A stretch of 64,000 bases of DNA. Origin: Balanoglossus misakiensis (Eukaryota; Animalia; Hemichordata). Made by a program: the position numbers and the translations under genes. Below, piece after piece: positions 1 through 31,200 of the stretch. The DNA lies in assembly GCA_040954595.2 (NCBI GenBank), contig CM082593.2, positions 1,002,901-1,066,900 of the forward strand. Direction: 5' to 3'. The notes under the pieces are model-generated. The model made no database searches. It saw nothing but the letters and a program-made list of their open reading frames with translations, and was not told where the DNA came from. Positions within the stretch are counted from its first letter, which is position 1; each line of letters opens with the position of its first letter.

Positions 1-913
1 AGTAATTATTCAGCAAATAAAATGGACCTCATGTTTTATAGGTTCCCTTTTCAATGGGAATCTTTGCCTTGTGCAAGCTGTTTGACTGAACCGAGAATTT
101 CTAATAAGCTTTCTCATACTTACAAAAGAATAAACATATATATTTCTGCTAAGGGAAACATAAATACTATCACATCAAAGAATGGTCTCTCGAACTGTTA
201 AAATAACCTTTACTACCCCTATTTTCCTGTATAATGGTCCAACCCTTGTTGAACAAAATGCGACTGGACCAGAGTTTAGTGATGGGAGCGTTGATAGCCA
301 AGATGTTTGATTATACCACTAAGACATCAAACATCAACCACCTCTTAACAATAACAAAAATACACTGGTGGGTATCACCACGGTTACTAGTCTTGCGATG
401 AGTCTAGTATAGCGCCCCATATGATTGGAAGTCATTTCTTTTGTTTTCGGTCACATGAACAGCAAGCACCTTTAATTAAAATACATGCACAAGTTCTCAA
501 CATGTTTATAGTCGTACCATTGTCACTGTATACAAACAAAGAGGTCAAACAAATCCACAAAATCCAAGAGAGTTTCTTGTACCCCTTTAAAATGAAGCTG
601 GCCTATTTCCATTGCCACATTTTCCCTCTTTCTACAGACATTCAAACATACATACACAAACACTCTTCAAAACCCCAGAAGACAGCCCAAATAAATGATA
701 AAATGTGTCCTCTTTTGGCAAGTTTTTTTGTTTTTGTCTTTTTTTGCTGAATTTCGAAACACAAGGATTAAACAGTGTTAACAAGTTTGGCATGTATGAA
801 CACAAAACACTTGTGCAATTCTTATTTTTATTTTGAAGGTTTATATTTTGACGTGACAGTTGTGAGTCCCACTCAGTCTCATCGTTGTCATGGTGATTTG
901 TCTTCTTCAGTTT

Positions 914-8817
<7,904 letters not shown>

Positions 8818-10369
8818 CTTTCCAGCAATAAGCTCATTACCATAATGCATTCAGTTAAGGTCAGCTGATGGAACATTCCATTGTGTGAAAAGATTACGAC
8901 GGGGTGCGTTACAGAGTGTAGTTCAGGCGAGAAAAAATACATTGGGCCAAACTTAGCAGGAATAAAATCTTCAGAAACCATTTCTTATTGATTTACAATA
9001 ACATTAGATACATACGTAGGCACTTACCATCCATAATTAGTTGTGAAATTCACATGGGTGGAAACTAACACCTATTGCGAAATGGACCTGGTTTTGTTGA
9101 TCGGTTTTCAGTTATATGCTAATCACATGTTGTTCACATGGCCTGATTAGGGCTACGGACGGACGCCGTGAATCATTCTATGAGTTCAGCTGCAGCATTT
9201 ACTTTATTACCTCATGCAAGAGACTCGCGGTGATGTCAGACTAAACTGTCGAGTATGATTATTCAAATTGAAGCGTTTTGCTAATTTTTTCCATTGGCAA
9301 GACAAAATTAAACCACGTTGAATGTACGTGTCAGTTTCCACTTGTCACTGTGTTTGTTTCATCTTCATTCAGTCAAATAATTCTTTCTTCATTAGTTTTA
9401 TCTGTAAACAAATTAAATGGATTAATATGGTAAATATTTCGATGGAAAACAAAAGCTTTAATACAATTACCAACATAAAAAAATAATGCGAGAAGTAGAG
9501 GTTGAAAACTTCGGCCCAACGAAAACCCGAAAGAAAGAAACCAAACTTGCAAAGGTGATGGCGCTCTCACACCTGAACAATTATTTTATGTATACATCAT
9601 CATCATGGTAAATTAGGATCGTAGAGTTAAAAAGATGAGAGGGCGAATTTTGAAAATTTTATCTCGGTAAGAATATGATGCTGCGTCTATTTTTGCATAC
9701 ATATGTGTAGTCAATTCGTGACTACGACAAAACCTATTTATCTGAAGACAAGAGTATGCAGAGCAGTAGCTCTAGATTTTTACAAATACAAGGTAAAAAT
9801 TTGTGTGACGTCTGCGCAGTTGCTGCCCCTACGATATATGCGATATTATAATAGTTTGCCAATTATGTTGTTGATCGTGATTTTATTTGTCCTTTTTTGT
9901 ACAATATTCTGATTTTTAACGTTCCCTGAATTACAGTTCAATTTCACTGAACATGGCCTTGGGCGCTTTTAACCCAGTATATCGAGAAGTGATTCCGAGT
10001 CCTTTAATATGTAAATCACTATCGGCATTCATTGCGAATCAAATCTGTGTACGTTCTTTCTACACAAGTCGACGTAAATATGTGATCTACAGTGTATGTC
10101 TGTGAGCGGAATAATTTATCGGCACCGAAAGCGTTCTTGTAGTGAAAGGGACTTGGGTTGCTATTTGGACAATAGAGGGGTGACGCTTAGGTGACCCTCT
10201 TAAGAAATGTAGTCCCACAAAGGTTTATTTTTTGCGATCCATCTTCCGTGTGTGACTCATTTAGGTGAACACTCGCGTGTAAGTCAACACCACAACCAAC
10301 TCAACATGGCTGACAGCCATACTTAGTGGCAAATCTAAACATTTCAGTTGACTCCGTTTTTCACTGACA

Positions 10370-19865
<9,496 letters not shown>

Positions 19866-22800
19866 TTTGTATTTTTAAAGCGCGGTCAAAATTGCGTGAT
19901 ATTTTAACAGCATTGTGTTAAACAGTGTGTTTAACTTATTTTGTGTTCTAATTCTGGATTGCGAATTTTGGTTGGATGAAAAGACTTCAGTTGTAATGAG
20001 CACGATTTCTGGCGATATATTTGGCGGCCAAGATCTCAGAAATGAGAACACGCTTTAGTCATTGAATTGGGCTCGACTGAACGCCTCTGGCAAATGTGAT
20101 TTATCTTTGAACTTTTATATATCAAAAAGGGAAATTTCGCGAATCCCTAACTCGACATTTACAAGTGATCTGTTTTCATTATCGTATATACATGTACCGT
20201 CTAATTTGATCATTCTGATCGTACGTCCATTCCAACACCTCAAGGTGCTTCCGTCACAATAATGTAAATATAAGTGTGTTTTATAAATACGACATTTCCA
20301 ATGATTTCTTTGATGTCATACGTATGAGATAGTAATTTTACATTTACATAGTTACACTTTTCTCCCTCCAAATTGATATTTTCTATACTAGTATATGTAT
20401 TCAGAAAAACAAGTTTGTAATATATTTATATTAAAATATTATAAAGTTTCTCATATTTTCTTTTTCATTTTGTTTGAATGGAGTCGTTTAGGGTTAATTG
20501 GTGTGAGCATGAGTATTTTTTTTTTAATGTGTAAACAATCATTAACATAACAATTAATAATTGACTTGAAGATTTAACTGTCGAAGTCCAAAGTTTTGTG
20601 ACATCAATATCTGTTTCACAGACTCGACAAACAGGAAAATCTGGATACATTAGCTTCCTTGTGTGAATATTGAAGCTATAATTAAATTCATGCAACGCTA
20701 TACTTCTTTAAAACCGCTAGGTTTTAAATGACACGTTATCACATTTCCTTTGCGGAGAATTTTGCTAAACCTTTCCGAAAAATTAATTGATAAAAGTGAC
20801 TGAAAGAAGGCTGACAAGACTTCACTAAATGGGAGATTCTAGCGGCATCCTTTTAGAATCTGAGCATAGTCTGCACGATTCATCGCTATTGTATTAACAG
20901 AAAATGCCATCATAAAAGGGGGTATATGTTAAGCTGTTTTTATGTAAGGCAGATCTTCAGCTGGATATATGACGTTCAGGCCTAGGGGATATTGCAACTA
21001 TGTGTATCATTTTCTTTCGACGTCTTTCAATATTTATCCTATCATTATTTTCGTGATGATCATGCTTTGCTTGTTTCTAAAGGTTAATATTTCTTCAGGA
21101 AAGTCTTTTCTTCGAAGCGGAAATGAAGATATTTTGCTCGACGAATATTCAAGTCACTGATCAGGTCTAATACTGGTTTTTGAAAAGTTCCGAACTCTCA
21201 AAGCCGACTATTACTTCAACGTTGCTTCAGGCAGTTTCAATCAGCTAAGAGTCAGGAAAAAAGTTTCGAAAATACGTGCACGTGGGAGGAATGTCCTCTT
21301 ATATTTGATTTTGTCTTCTGTTTTGGCCCCGAAGAGACGTGAAATACTCGCCGTTTCTCCTCCAAGAATTCTCAACATTTCACTAATTGTTCTAATTACT
21401 GCGAAACCAGAAGCGGAGCCGGAATACGGGTCTGTATGAGACGGTCGTGTCATTTTGGAAGAACGGTGAACGGTAAGATATCGTGTTTCATGTGAGCGTG
21501 CGTTACAGAGTCAGTGTCACTTGTTTTTCATGATCAGTATTTTGTGCTCAATACAACAAAGTCGCCGCGATCATTAGTAATATGTCAGTATACATGTAAG
21601 TTCAACTATACAACACTCCTGTGAACGAGGTCGAGTATGCGTGTTTTCATCGACAGAACATGAAACCATCTCTAACTTGGTTATCAAGTAAAGAGGAAGT
21701 GAGATATACCCGAGATTTGGTTCTCATTGTTCTGTATCTATAGAAATGTGGTGACTCTAAATGGAACTTTTCAGAGCGAGTTGGTCAGATGACATCGGAG
21801 GTAGCAGTGAAACACTCGGCACTCTTAGTGAAAGACGATCTGTGAAACTCTGAATGGGGTACTGCATCACGAAACTCTGAGAGGGTAAACCTTTTGTAAG
21901 GAAATGCGACTCTGGTTACTATATGTAAATCGTGTCGGACCTACATCAAAATCAAGCAAGGTGATAATACACCCTTAAGTTAGTGAATGAAATTTAGCTG
22001 TGAGCCAGTATGCATAAAAATGGCAATAGTACAAAGCATGTTGCTTTCTTGAAATTCCCAGTACAATCCTGTGGGATTGGTCAAATATGACATTCTCATT
22101 AGGCACGTACATCCCTGATACAGTTTCTCACATTGGAACTTCTCTGAAAGTTTACAAAAAAGTTCAATTCTCTCTGAATACTCCACTACCTTCAGGTATA
22201 TCTACATCGCGTGTGTCGTGATTTGGAGGAAGCTATTTATTCCACCTTCCCTTTAAAATTACCGAACCCCTCCCTGAGCTCATGCTTTTAGCGATGTCTT
22301 TATTCGCAATTATCCGGTAATGGGAAAAGTGCTCCCGATACCCAAGACGATCTTCTTTATGGCATAAAATACAATCAGTGTTGGCAAATAAGATTGTCAG
22401 GTTTTGCATTCTTTATACATTTATGTTCAGAGATTGACGAGTTTGGCTCAGATTCAAAAGAATCTATCACTATTTTATGCGATTTTCTTTATGCTTGTTC
22501 CTCTTGTGTGCATAATTATGCAAATCAAGATAAGCTCCCGCAAATCAGCAATCGCCTGTCAGTCAGGATTTCCTAATAAGGGGCAATCACCTGACGCAAG
22601 CATGGAAAGTTTTGACTGATTTGCATTTTTGCTAATGGCATAGAAATGTCAAAAAGCACGTGACCGCCCCTCCGAAGTGCGCATGAATAACTTGGAAAAG
22701 GTCTAAGTATTCCTATCTCAAACTTTTGGCTCCAGGCTTCGAAAAGAAGCAATGGTTGACATTTACGTTTACCGTGAAGCACTTTGACAGTCGTGACTTC

Positions 22801-24067
22801 GTGCTTGGTATTTCTAAACTATATCAGCGGCGATGCAAGGAACTATACTTCCGCACAAAGATCACACTATATCTTCTTTCATAGCTTTTTAACAGTTGGT
22901 GTTTGGCACATTTGCTGATCAATTGACCCATCTTTGCAGAATTGGTGTGTCAGGTAAATTAAATGTCAAGAACTTGCATTGAATACGCCTTGAAACTTCA
23001 AATAAAAGATGCTAAGCTATCCCCAACGCGTAAGCTGATGTTTATCAACTAAATCTTGTTCCTAAGAAATTGACAGATATATTAATCCTCTTTGCGTATC
23101 ACTTTCTTGGTGTTTCGCCTGTCCTTCTGCTGCTTCTTCCGTTCTTACTAGTTCATCGTTACAGCGTTGGAAAATCTTCATGCCACAGCCGGGCAGTTAG
23201 CGGCGCTGTTGGCGCTCTACAGGCCAACCCACTTGCGTGACACTTGTTCAGAGAATGCACATTTGCATAATAGCTATGCAATGAGCTTTGACTGCTACTG
23301 TATATAACCGAAGTGGCATCGTTAACTGAGACAGTTGTTCCGGAGTTGCGGGAAGGCACTTGAATTTCTTTTCCCTGGTTTTCCTCGATAGGGGTTCCGG
23401 CAGACGACACTTTCGATATCGAGATACACACTTGTGCTTGGAGTCTGGTCTCCCATGTCAATAAGGTAGGCGATCGAGCGTTTTTCTTTCCATCCACGAC
23501 ACTGTCAAAACCAGGTGCCCCCTTCTCCTCCTCCAATCCTGAAACTATGCGTTGTAGATTATATAGACCCGTTGTTGTTGTTGTTGTTGAGTACGTTGTT
23601 ATTTTCCTCGCTTTCTTCATTGATAACAGTAACTTTCAAATTGCTCTGACGTCTTTTGGTCGCTTCCCTCTCTTTGTCATGAACGACAAGAACGGATAGT
23701 AAAAGTTTACAATGATTCAATGTAACTGTATGATGCTTACATGCGAATTGTAAAAACACAAAGATGTTGAGAAACCTTTATTTTGGCCTAGAAATAGCTA
23801 AATAAAGAGCAATATCCGAGATTGTGCTCTATAAAGAGGTAACATACACTGGGATGGTAGTGACAGACACTTGCTGTGACCAACAATGTCCAGGGATCGA
23901 AGCGTCGAGTTTTGCACATGCCCGAGTTGTGGAGAATGCCAAACATGTGTCAAAGAAGCCCTACATCTTGTTATTAATGTTACGCTCACTGCGTTGTGTC
24001 CTCAGAGTTGTCTGTCTACCACACCACTGACTGAGCGAGCCAAGCTTCCGCCGGGACAGCAGTCATC

Positions 24068-25207
24068 ATGGACGATTACGACAGTGGCTTATTGGACGAC
24101 TACTCGCTCACCTATCCGTGGAACGGCAGCATCGAGGATTTACTGCGAGCTCTGAATCTGACATCGATTGAAGATTTTCTCTCCAAGTATGATTACGGGG
24201 ACATGATCCCTCCCGTCGTGCACCAGTTATCCAAGTCCGCCAGAATCTGCTTGGTGATCTGCTACGTGCTGATTTTCTGCCTGGGGTTGGTCGGCAACCT
24301 TCTGGTCATCATCGTTGTTGCTGCCAACAAACCCATGCAGACTGTCACGAATGTCTTCATCGTCTCGCTGGCCGTGTCAGATATCATGATATCGCTGTTA
24401 TCCGTGCCTTTTACTCTGGTGGAAGCCATCACAGCCGGTTGGGTGATGGGTCTCTTCATGTGCAAACTGGTCAACTTCATAACTGTGTTGTCGTTGATCT
24501 CCAGTGTGCTCACACTATCCTGTATCGCAGTTGACCGATACAACGCTATCTGTCAGCCCTTGAAGTCTCGCATCATCCACACCACGACAAGGGCCACCAA
24601 GCTGCTCTGTTTCGTCTGGGGGGCCTCGGTCGTGATGGCGTGCCCGCTCTTGTTCGTCTTCGAGCTGCAAGTTCTAAACGACGTGCGCAACGACCACGTG
24701 TACACGCTCTGCACCGAGATGTGGCATTATCCTCAACAGAAAATGGCGTTCACGTTCTTTCTGGTGGGTGCTACATATCTCGTTCCGCTGGGCTTAATGC
24801 TTGTTCTCTACATTAGAATCTGTCATCATCTGTGGGTGAGAAATCCAATCGGACCCACAGACCTGCAACAGCTGAACGCCGGCTCCACCATTAAATACAA
24901 GAAGAAGGCGACAAAAATGCTCGTTTTGGTGGTTGTACTCTTTTTCGTCTGCTGGACACCATATCACGTGGTTACGGTGAGACGAGAGTTTCCCAGTTTG
25001 CATGACAACGAGAAGAACAGACTTTTAGTCGCTTGTATAACACTCTTAGCGCTTTTTAATAGTTGCCTTAACCCTATGGTGTACGCCTTTCTTAATGGAA
25101 ATTTTAAACAGAGTTTTATATCCACTTTAAAGTGTAGAAGAACCAAAGTTTCTCCAGTCAACACGACACAGACACAGAACGTTCCACTTTCTGGCAGTAA
25201 TATCTAG
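24068..25207 (+). CDS. Rhodopsin-class neuropeptide GPCR, QRFP/RFamide-receptor-like, intronless CDS (379 aa)
   Basis: Seven hydrophobic helices with GN, TVTNVFIVSLAVSD, DRY, CWTPY and NSCLNPMVYAFLN. Segments such as CTEMW...QQKMAFT, HLWVR and KKKATKM resemble vertebrate QRFPR as recalled. Confidence 0.9.
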   Translation: MDDYDSGLLDDYSLTYPWNGSIEDLLRALNLTSIEDFLSKYDYGDMIPPVVHQLSKSARICLVICYVLIFCLGLVGNLLVIIVVAANKPMQTVTNVFIVSLAVSDIMISLLSVPFTLVEAITAGWVMGLFMCKLVNFITVLSLISSVLTLSCIAVDRYNAICQPLKSRIIHTTTRATKLLCFVWGASVVMACPLLFVFELQVLNDVRNDHVYTLCTEMWHYPQQKMAFTFFLVGATYLVPLGLMLVLYIRICHHLWVRNPIGPTDLQQLNAGSTIKYKKKATKMLVLVVVLFFVCWTPYHVVTVRREFPSLHDNEKNRLLVACITLLALFNSCLNPMVYAFLNGNFKQSFISTLKCRRTKVSPVNTTQTQNVPLSGSNI

Positions 25208-28200
25208 AAATTCAAGTGGTATTTCCTGTCGTTTTCGCGAATAGAATTCAAAATGATTGCCGATGGGCAGGAGATTAACTTGAAAGGGAATCCCTCTGTT
25301 GTATAGGTAACATTAATGTATTTACGTGACGAGATTATTTCACTATTTTTAAATGTACAATGTTGGCGTGTATTAAGGTGAATAGAATGGTTATTATACG
25401 TCTGTGTGACTAATGCCTGTCTCTGTAGTCTTTAATAGTAAACACATTGGGTTTTATTTGGGATGTGTTTTTTTCTGGATAGTGCATGGCTACAGAAGAA
25501 ACTGCAGTATGGTGCGTAATTTCAGAGATTTTAGCGACAGTATCCCATGCTCGCGATGTATTCAAGTTGCCCCGAGATCGACAGAGCCAAACAACACGGA
25601 ATGATACACCAACAGTTGGTATTAGACGTTAACATGATCTATGTTCACTCTTATTTTAATAGGGCTATAACTTTGTCAACAAAAGTCGATATCCGGATAT
25701 AAAACCACAAACAGAAATTCTTCGCAATTTGAGTTCCCTGGGGAACATAATGATAATACTCTCCATTTCTCTCAAAGTTATCTTGTTGGATATTTGAAAC
25801 GTTATGTTTTGCTTACACAGTGGTCATGAGACTGGCAAAAGGGAAAATTACGATTTGCGTCTGAAATTACACATAGATAAAACTCTGAACTGAGGAATTC
25901 TTATAAGATAAAGGTGACACACAGCTACTTAGAATTCATCACTAGTCTTTCAGTTACTAGCAGTTCAGAAACAATCAGAGAAAAATCTGTTTTAACAATT
26001 GTACAGATGGCGGTTAGGAACCTCGGGTATCGTTTCCATAGAAACGAGTCAGTTTCAATGGGGAATTCAGATGTCTTTAAGAGAAAACGGAATTATTACC
26101 CTCAAATAATGTGACATTTATTGACATTACGTGTTCTCATCAGACGCAATAAATTATTAAGTTGCAACGCAATAATACCTTCTAAGATGACAACGAAACC
26201 CATGGCGAAATCTTGTAAGATTTACGTGCGCGACTATCGTTTTAAGGTAGCCGTAGATTTATTTCATCAGATGGTCAGGAATTCGATGAAGGGGGAAAAC
26301 AAAACAACTTTTACGAGCATCGTCGTAAAATGTCGACCGAATATAATAAAAAGATGATTTGAACGTCTCGTTTTTCTGCGTTTCGAGAGATATCGGATAA
26401 ACGAATATGCCGTAATATTTATCCCTTTCCCTGTCGGTCGTTATCAATACTATTTTATCGTTCCACAGCATAGCAGCATAGTTGTTGAATACTTAGTACT
26501 TCTCTTAACACGTGACAGACAAGCCTTGGGTGCTTTCATCCTCCACCTGATGTCGACTAGTGCCAAGTCTGAGATGAACTTGACCTACTTCTAAACTATT
26601 TATGCTTATGTGTACAGAGTGCCTCGGATCAATTACTTAAAGGAGAAACGTATGGTTTATCACTATCAAAAATGTTAAGTATTCCCATCTGTTTTTCACA
26701 TTACATGGTCAATTTCTGCTTCAAGTACCTGCGATGACGTTTGTTTCACATAACCCACAACCATCCACTCTCATCAAGTTCCAATCAGTTGGTTCTTCAC
26801 TGTGTAGATGTAACTGTGACCTTGTCAACGTCACCTTGATATTTGAAGAATTTTTGTCGGTCGACCAACAGGGATAAGATCACGTATTCACATACACTGT
26901 CGCAGTTAGGGACCATCGCATACTGTCGCATAACTTAGACAAAGTTTTCCCCTGTTAAGATCAAACATACTCTACCCAGTCGCAACGAAACTTAACTTGC
27001 CAGGAATTGTTGCTGTCGATTGCACAATAAAACACAACTTTTGCCAGAGTTCTCGATAGAACATGCATGTGCCAAATTCGTCCAAAGTGAAGAAGGTCAC
27101 CAATTCAACTTCAGCCAACCCCCAAAACGAAAAACCCCAAACAATTGCAATAATCGAGGCGGTCCCTTAGTAATCCGTGACTGAAGAACTAGAAAAAAAT
27201 GCCTTGAACTAATTTTACGCGGCTTTCTTGACTAGACACGTACAAGAAATTGTTGCCTCAAGCAACGTGTGAAATATAACCGGCAACCATTTTAAAACAT
27301 TAACATTGGCTGTTACAGAGTTTCAATCAACTTGATGGATTTACAATTCCACAAAAGAACCCACTGTGGCCCAGTGTCAGCATTGAAAATAATAAATCAC
27401 AAATATCCAGACAGTTTGGTAAAGCTGAATACCATGTGTTCCAACACTAAGGGGCCAAACAAGAGATTTTCCAGACAGAAACAAACAGACAATTTTAAGC
27501 GACAGTGGCTTTAAACAGATCAGTGTGTCTGGGAACGCAAGAAACGCAAATTTGTCTTTTGGACAGAACCAGATACAACACGCCGCTCCTGAAGTGTTGA
27601 ATGAACGTGCTTGAAGCAGCGTACCAAAATAGTCCCATGTCAGTATAAACATTGAAAAAAGTTCTGTTTCTTAGTCTCTGGGGATTGTTTCTTCACGTCT
27701 CGTCGGAAAAGATTAGATATGATGTCGTAGAAACATCAACGCCGTGGTGATCTGTCATGCCACGAAAGTTATCACGTTACATCTAATCACAACCCGCTCC
27801 CCCCCGAGAGTGACCTGAGTTGACCTGAAACTCTAGCCTGACCCCCACATCTGTCGCTGTCAGGGTGAATTATCGCGAAATCGTCTCCAACTCTGATGTT
27901 ATCTTTTCGAGCAAATTCTTTGTTTGTTCATAATTTCAAAGCTGCTGGTTGACCGAGCGCTTGATTCGCAAACCCTGCCGTTTCTGGTGGATACTAAATC
28001 AAAATCGGAATACCGACCGCTGTTAGAAGTTTTATTTATCAAGGTTGACTACGAGGAGAAAATTCACAACTGTGATGGGAATCTCTCTGGCCAGGAGGGG
28101 GTATTTTCTCGATATCGTCACCTTCACCTCGGGGTTGTATGTCAGACAGTGGATGGAATAGTCATTAAATTATTGATAGACAATTAATAAGTCGTGTTTC

Positions 28201-31200
28201 TCAGTGATTTAGTAAATGTAGCAGTCAAAAATAACTTTGCTTGTCAGAAAAAAATTGCAAAAAACAATCGGGGTTGTTTACTTTCTCTTTGGTTCTCGTT
28301 GCTATGCATCCGGGTTGCTAGGTGTGGCTAGCTTGAAGATGTAGAAGGGTACTATATTTTCATGGTGTTGCAGTACCATGCCATGACACTCATCGGCACT
28401 CTTATTCATTCCGTGAGCATTCGGATTTTATCGTTTGTAATCTACTGTTATCAACAACCTGCGCATAAAACATCGACTACAAAGACACAATTTAATCCGA
28501 TCATTCAAAAAGCAGTACTTAGTATTCGAAGCAAGAAAGCTTCAATCCTACAATACAAGGACTTGTGTCAAGGGAAGGGACGGGATGCCTCTTTTCAGAA
28601 AATAACAAGAAAGTTTACTTTACAGTGTGTTTATTAATAGATGCTCAATCAGCAGTTGATATATACAGTTTGTTGGCAGAGAGGCCATTAAATCTCAGCC
28701 GGTGGTAGTGTTGAAGTGAGCAGCGTAAATTGTATATTTCACGCATTACATGAACGGTGTCTGTTTTCATCTGAGAATCTGCGTGTGATAATTCCCAGTG
28801 TTACAGGGGGTGTCACAGTTAAGGGGGTGCGTGAGCAACTTCCCACGGTTTTCGTGGTGTGGTGTGGTGTGGTGTTGTGAAGTCTAACACAAAGATCACA
28901 ATCTTCAAGTTGAAGAACGATAACTGCAATGGAATGTGATTATCGGTTTATATATAGGAACGTTAATCAAACGGTGACCACCACTGGCACTCACGCAGTT
29001 GTCAGAATCGATTTCGCGGTCACTAACAAAGTCACAGCAGGTCTGGATACAGGGTATAAAGTATGTGGAAATAGCAAATCGGTTTAAAGCCTGTGGTTTC
29101 ACGGACGTGTCAAACCTTGTTTGTGGCACAGTTAATCAATATGGTAGCAAATTGTTTATAGATTGGCCATCCCTTCTAATATCACTCATCACAAAACTGT
29201 GTACACGGGAAAAACTCAACACGGTAGGGGAGTCTTGCACGGATGTTTTGCTGCAAACACGTCAGAAGAATCAACCTTTGACCCTTGGTTATAAGGTGCT
29301 ACGCAACACCGTACTTCCTGTCACTTTTCTCAAAATAAATGAGGCGCGGGTGTCGCTTGCAGCGCGCAGGCGCGAATTCTTTCCCGCAGTCTTCCATAGT
29401 TTTAATCAAAAGTGACCTTTGCACGACATTCTCTCCTAGACTTCCTCTACTATCGTTGTCTGAAGTTGATTTAACAGGCGTAGGCACCAATGTTTAATGG
29501 AATATTGAATGAGCAAATAGGCGCAAACGTAAATCTTTTCTGCCATGTGGCTGGCCGATATTTTTGGTTTCCAAAAGCGGAAACATTTAAGTTTTATGCA
29601 GAACCTCAGATAACTCCATTGTTTTACGACGGGAAGTGGTCGAAGAACGCGTCAATATATTTTTACTTTCATTTTGTCTGGTGTTTTATGACACTTAGTT
29701 TACTTTAAACCGACCTACTGTTCGTGATACGATATCTATTTTTCCAAAATTGTTGGAAGTCAAGTCTTGAATACTGAATTCTTAAAATAGCTCGCATTAT
29801 AGTGGGGATCCATGCACGATAAATACAAGACTGAAATGAATTCATCATGGATACCCACCCCTCAGCAAAATAAACACATCGATTACAGTAACTAGCTCTA
29901 TTTTGCAAGCTTCACGTTGCCACAAGCGAAGGGAGATATCGAAGTGTCCCCAAATAACCTGCCCCATGCTGGGACACTGATAACGACCCAAACTTGAAAT
30001 AGCATTTAAGTGTTTCTTCTCAGCATGGGTCGCACAATAAGCGTTTCTGACTTAGCGGGAGCCGACAGATTTATTTGCAGACTTCCCTTCCGCGGTCGTT
30101 GCTATGGGACACGAGGTGAGTCCTTCGCTTATATCTGCATGAAGCCTGTGGTTAAACGTTTACATACAACAAATTCAGAATTTACAATGTTTGAAAATGA
30201 CATTTTATAATGTGTCGATAAGCTGGTCGTCAACTTTACTATTGTGCATCAACATTCTTTCCCTGGACAGTGTTAAATGGGTCAAATTTGAAGCGTCTTG
30301 CGCTTGGCAAATTCAGATGCCTAAAATATTTTTGATCTGGGGTCGTAGAAAAGAAACCTCAACGCATCGTTTTAGTCTGCACTTCAAGTATTTATCGACA
30401 GTTGTAATCACTGCAAACAAAATTTTATACGAGAGAAAATGGATAGCAATCAATTGAACAAAAAACACAGCAAATGTGTTGAGCTACTGTGTACAGCTCG
30501 ATGCTATGGTTGAATTCATGGTTGAATATTATTTTTGTATGTATAGTCAATTACTCGTTTGTCTACTGATCGACTTAAGACTATCATCTTAATTGCGAAA
30601 TCTCCTGCCGGTTGTACTCCGTGAGAGATTTTCTAGAAGAGCAAAGAGCGGGCTCCATGTCATTCCCGAGTGTCTCCTGTGCGTTTAACGGATCACTAGG
30701 GAATCTTAAATGTGTCAGTGCTCCGAACACAACGACGTGTACGTTGATTTATATCTTTTCGTGACGAGCTGCGTGTATTCTGTTGGCAAAGCCCGGCGCA
30801 GTGTGTCGCTCAGGTCATCACAACGTAATTGGCATGTCTTTATAGAATACTAAGATAATTGCTTTTATAATGGTATTGTGTAATGGCATGAGGAGGAAAA
30901 CACATGAATTGGTATGAAGTACTCTGCTATTGGCGCGATGCCCACACTGAAAGCTCATTATCCGAGAAGACTTTCGTTTCGTTATAACTTTCGACCGTCC
31001 AAATCACTTCATCTGTCATTTTATATTTCACTTGTACCATACACAGTAGCTCAAAAAGTTTTCTTTCGGTACGTTGTCAAATGGTAACAATTGCTCGAGT
31101 TTTGACTGGACCATTGGTTATCTATTAGCTTTGCTGTCGATCCCTAACTCATATAGGCTGTATCAATGTCTATGGCTGTATATACTTCGCCCCCTAAGTT

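Noticed and set aside
8820-8850. Upstream in-frame ATG extending CCDC6 ([11 protein letters not shown])
   Set aside because: The conserved N-terminus begins at MADS in a strong context (aagATGG). The extension is unsupported.
23159-23620. 153-aa minus-strand ORF upstream of the GPCR
   Set aside because: No domain signal, it begins in a (GTT)n repeat, and there is no supporting exon chain.
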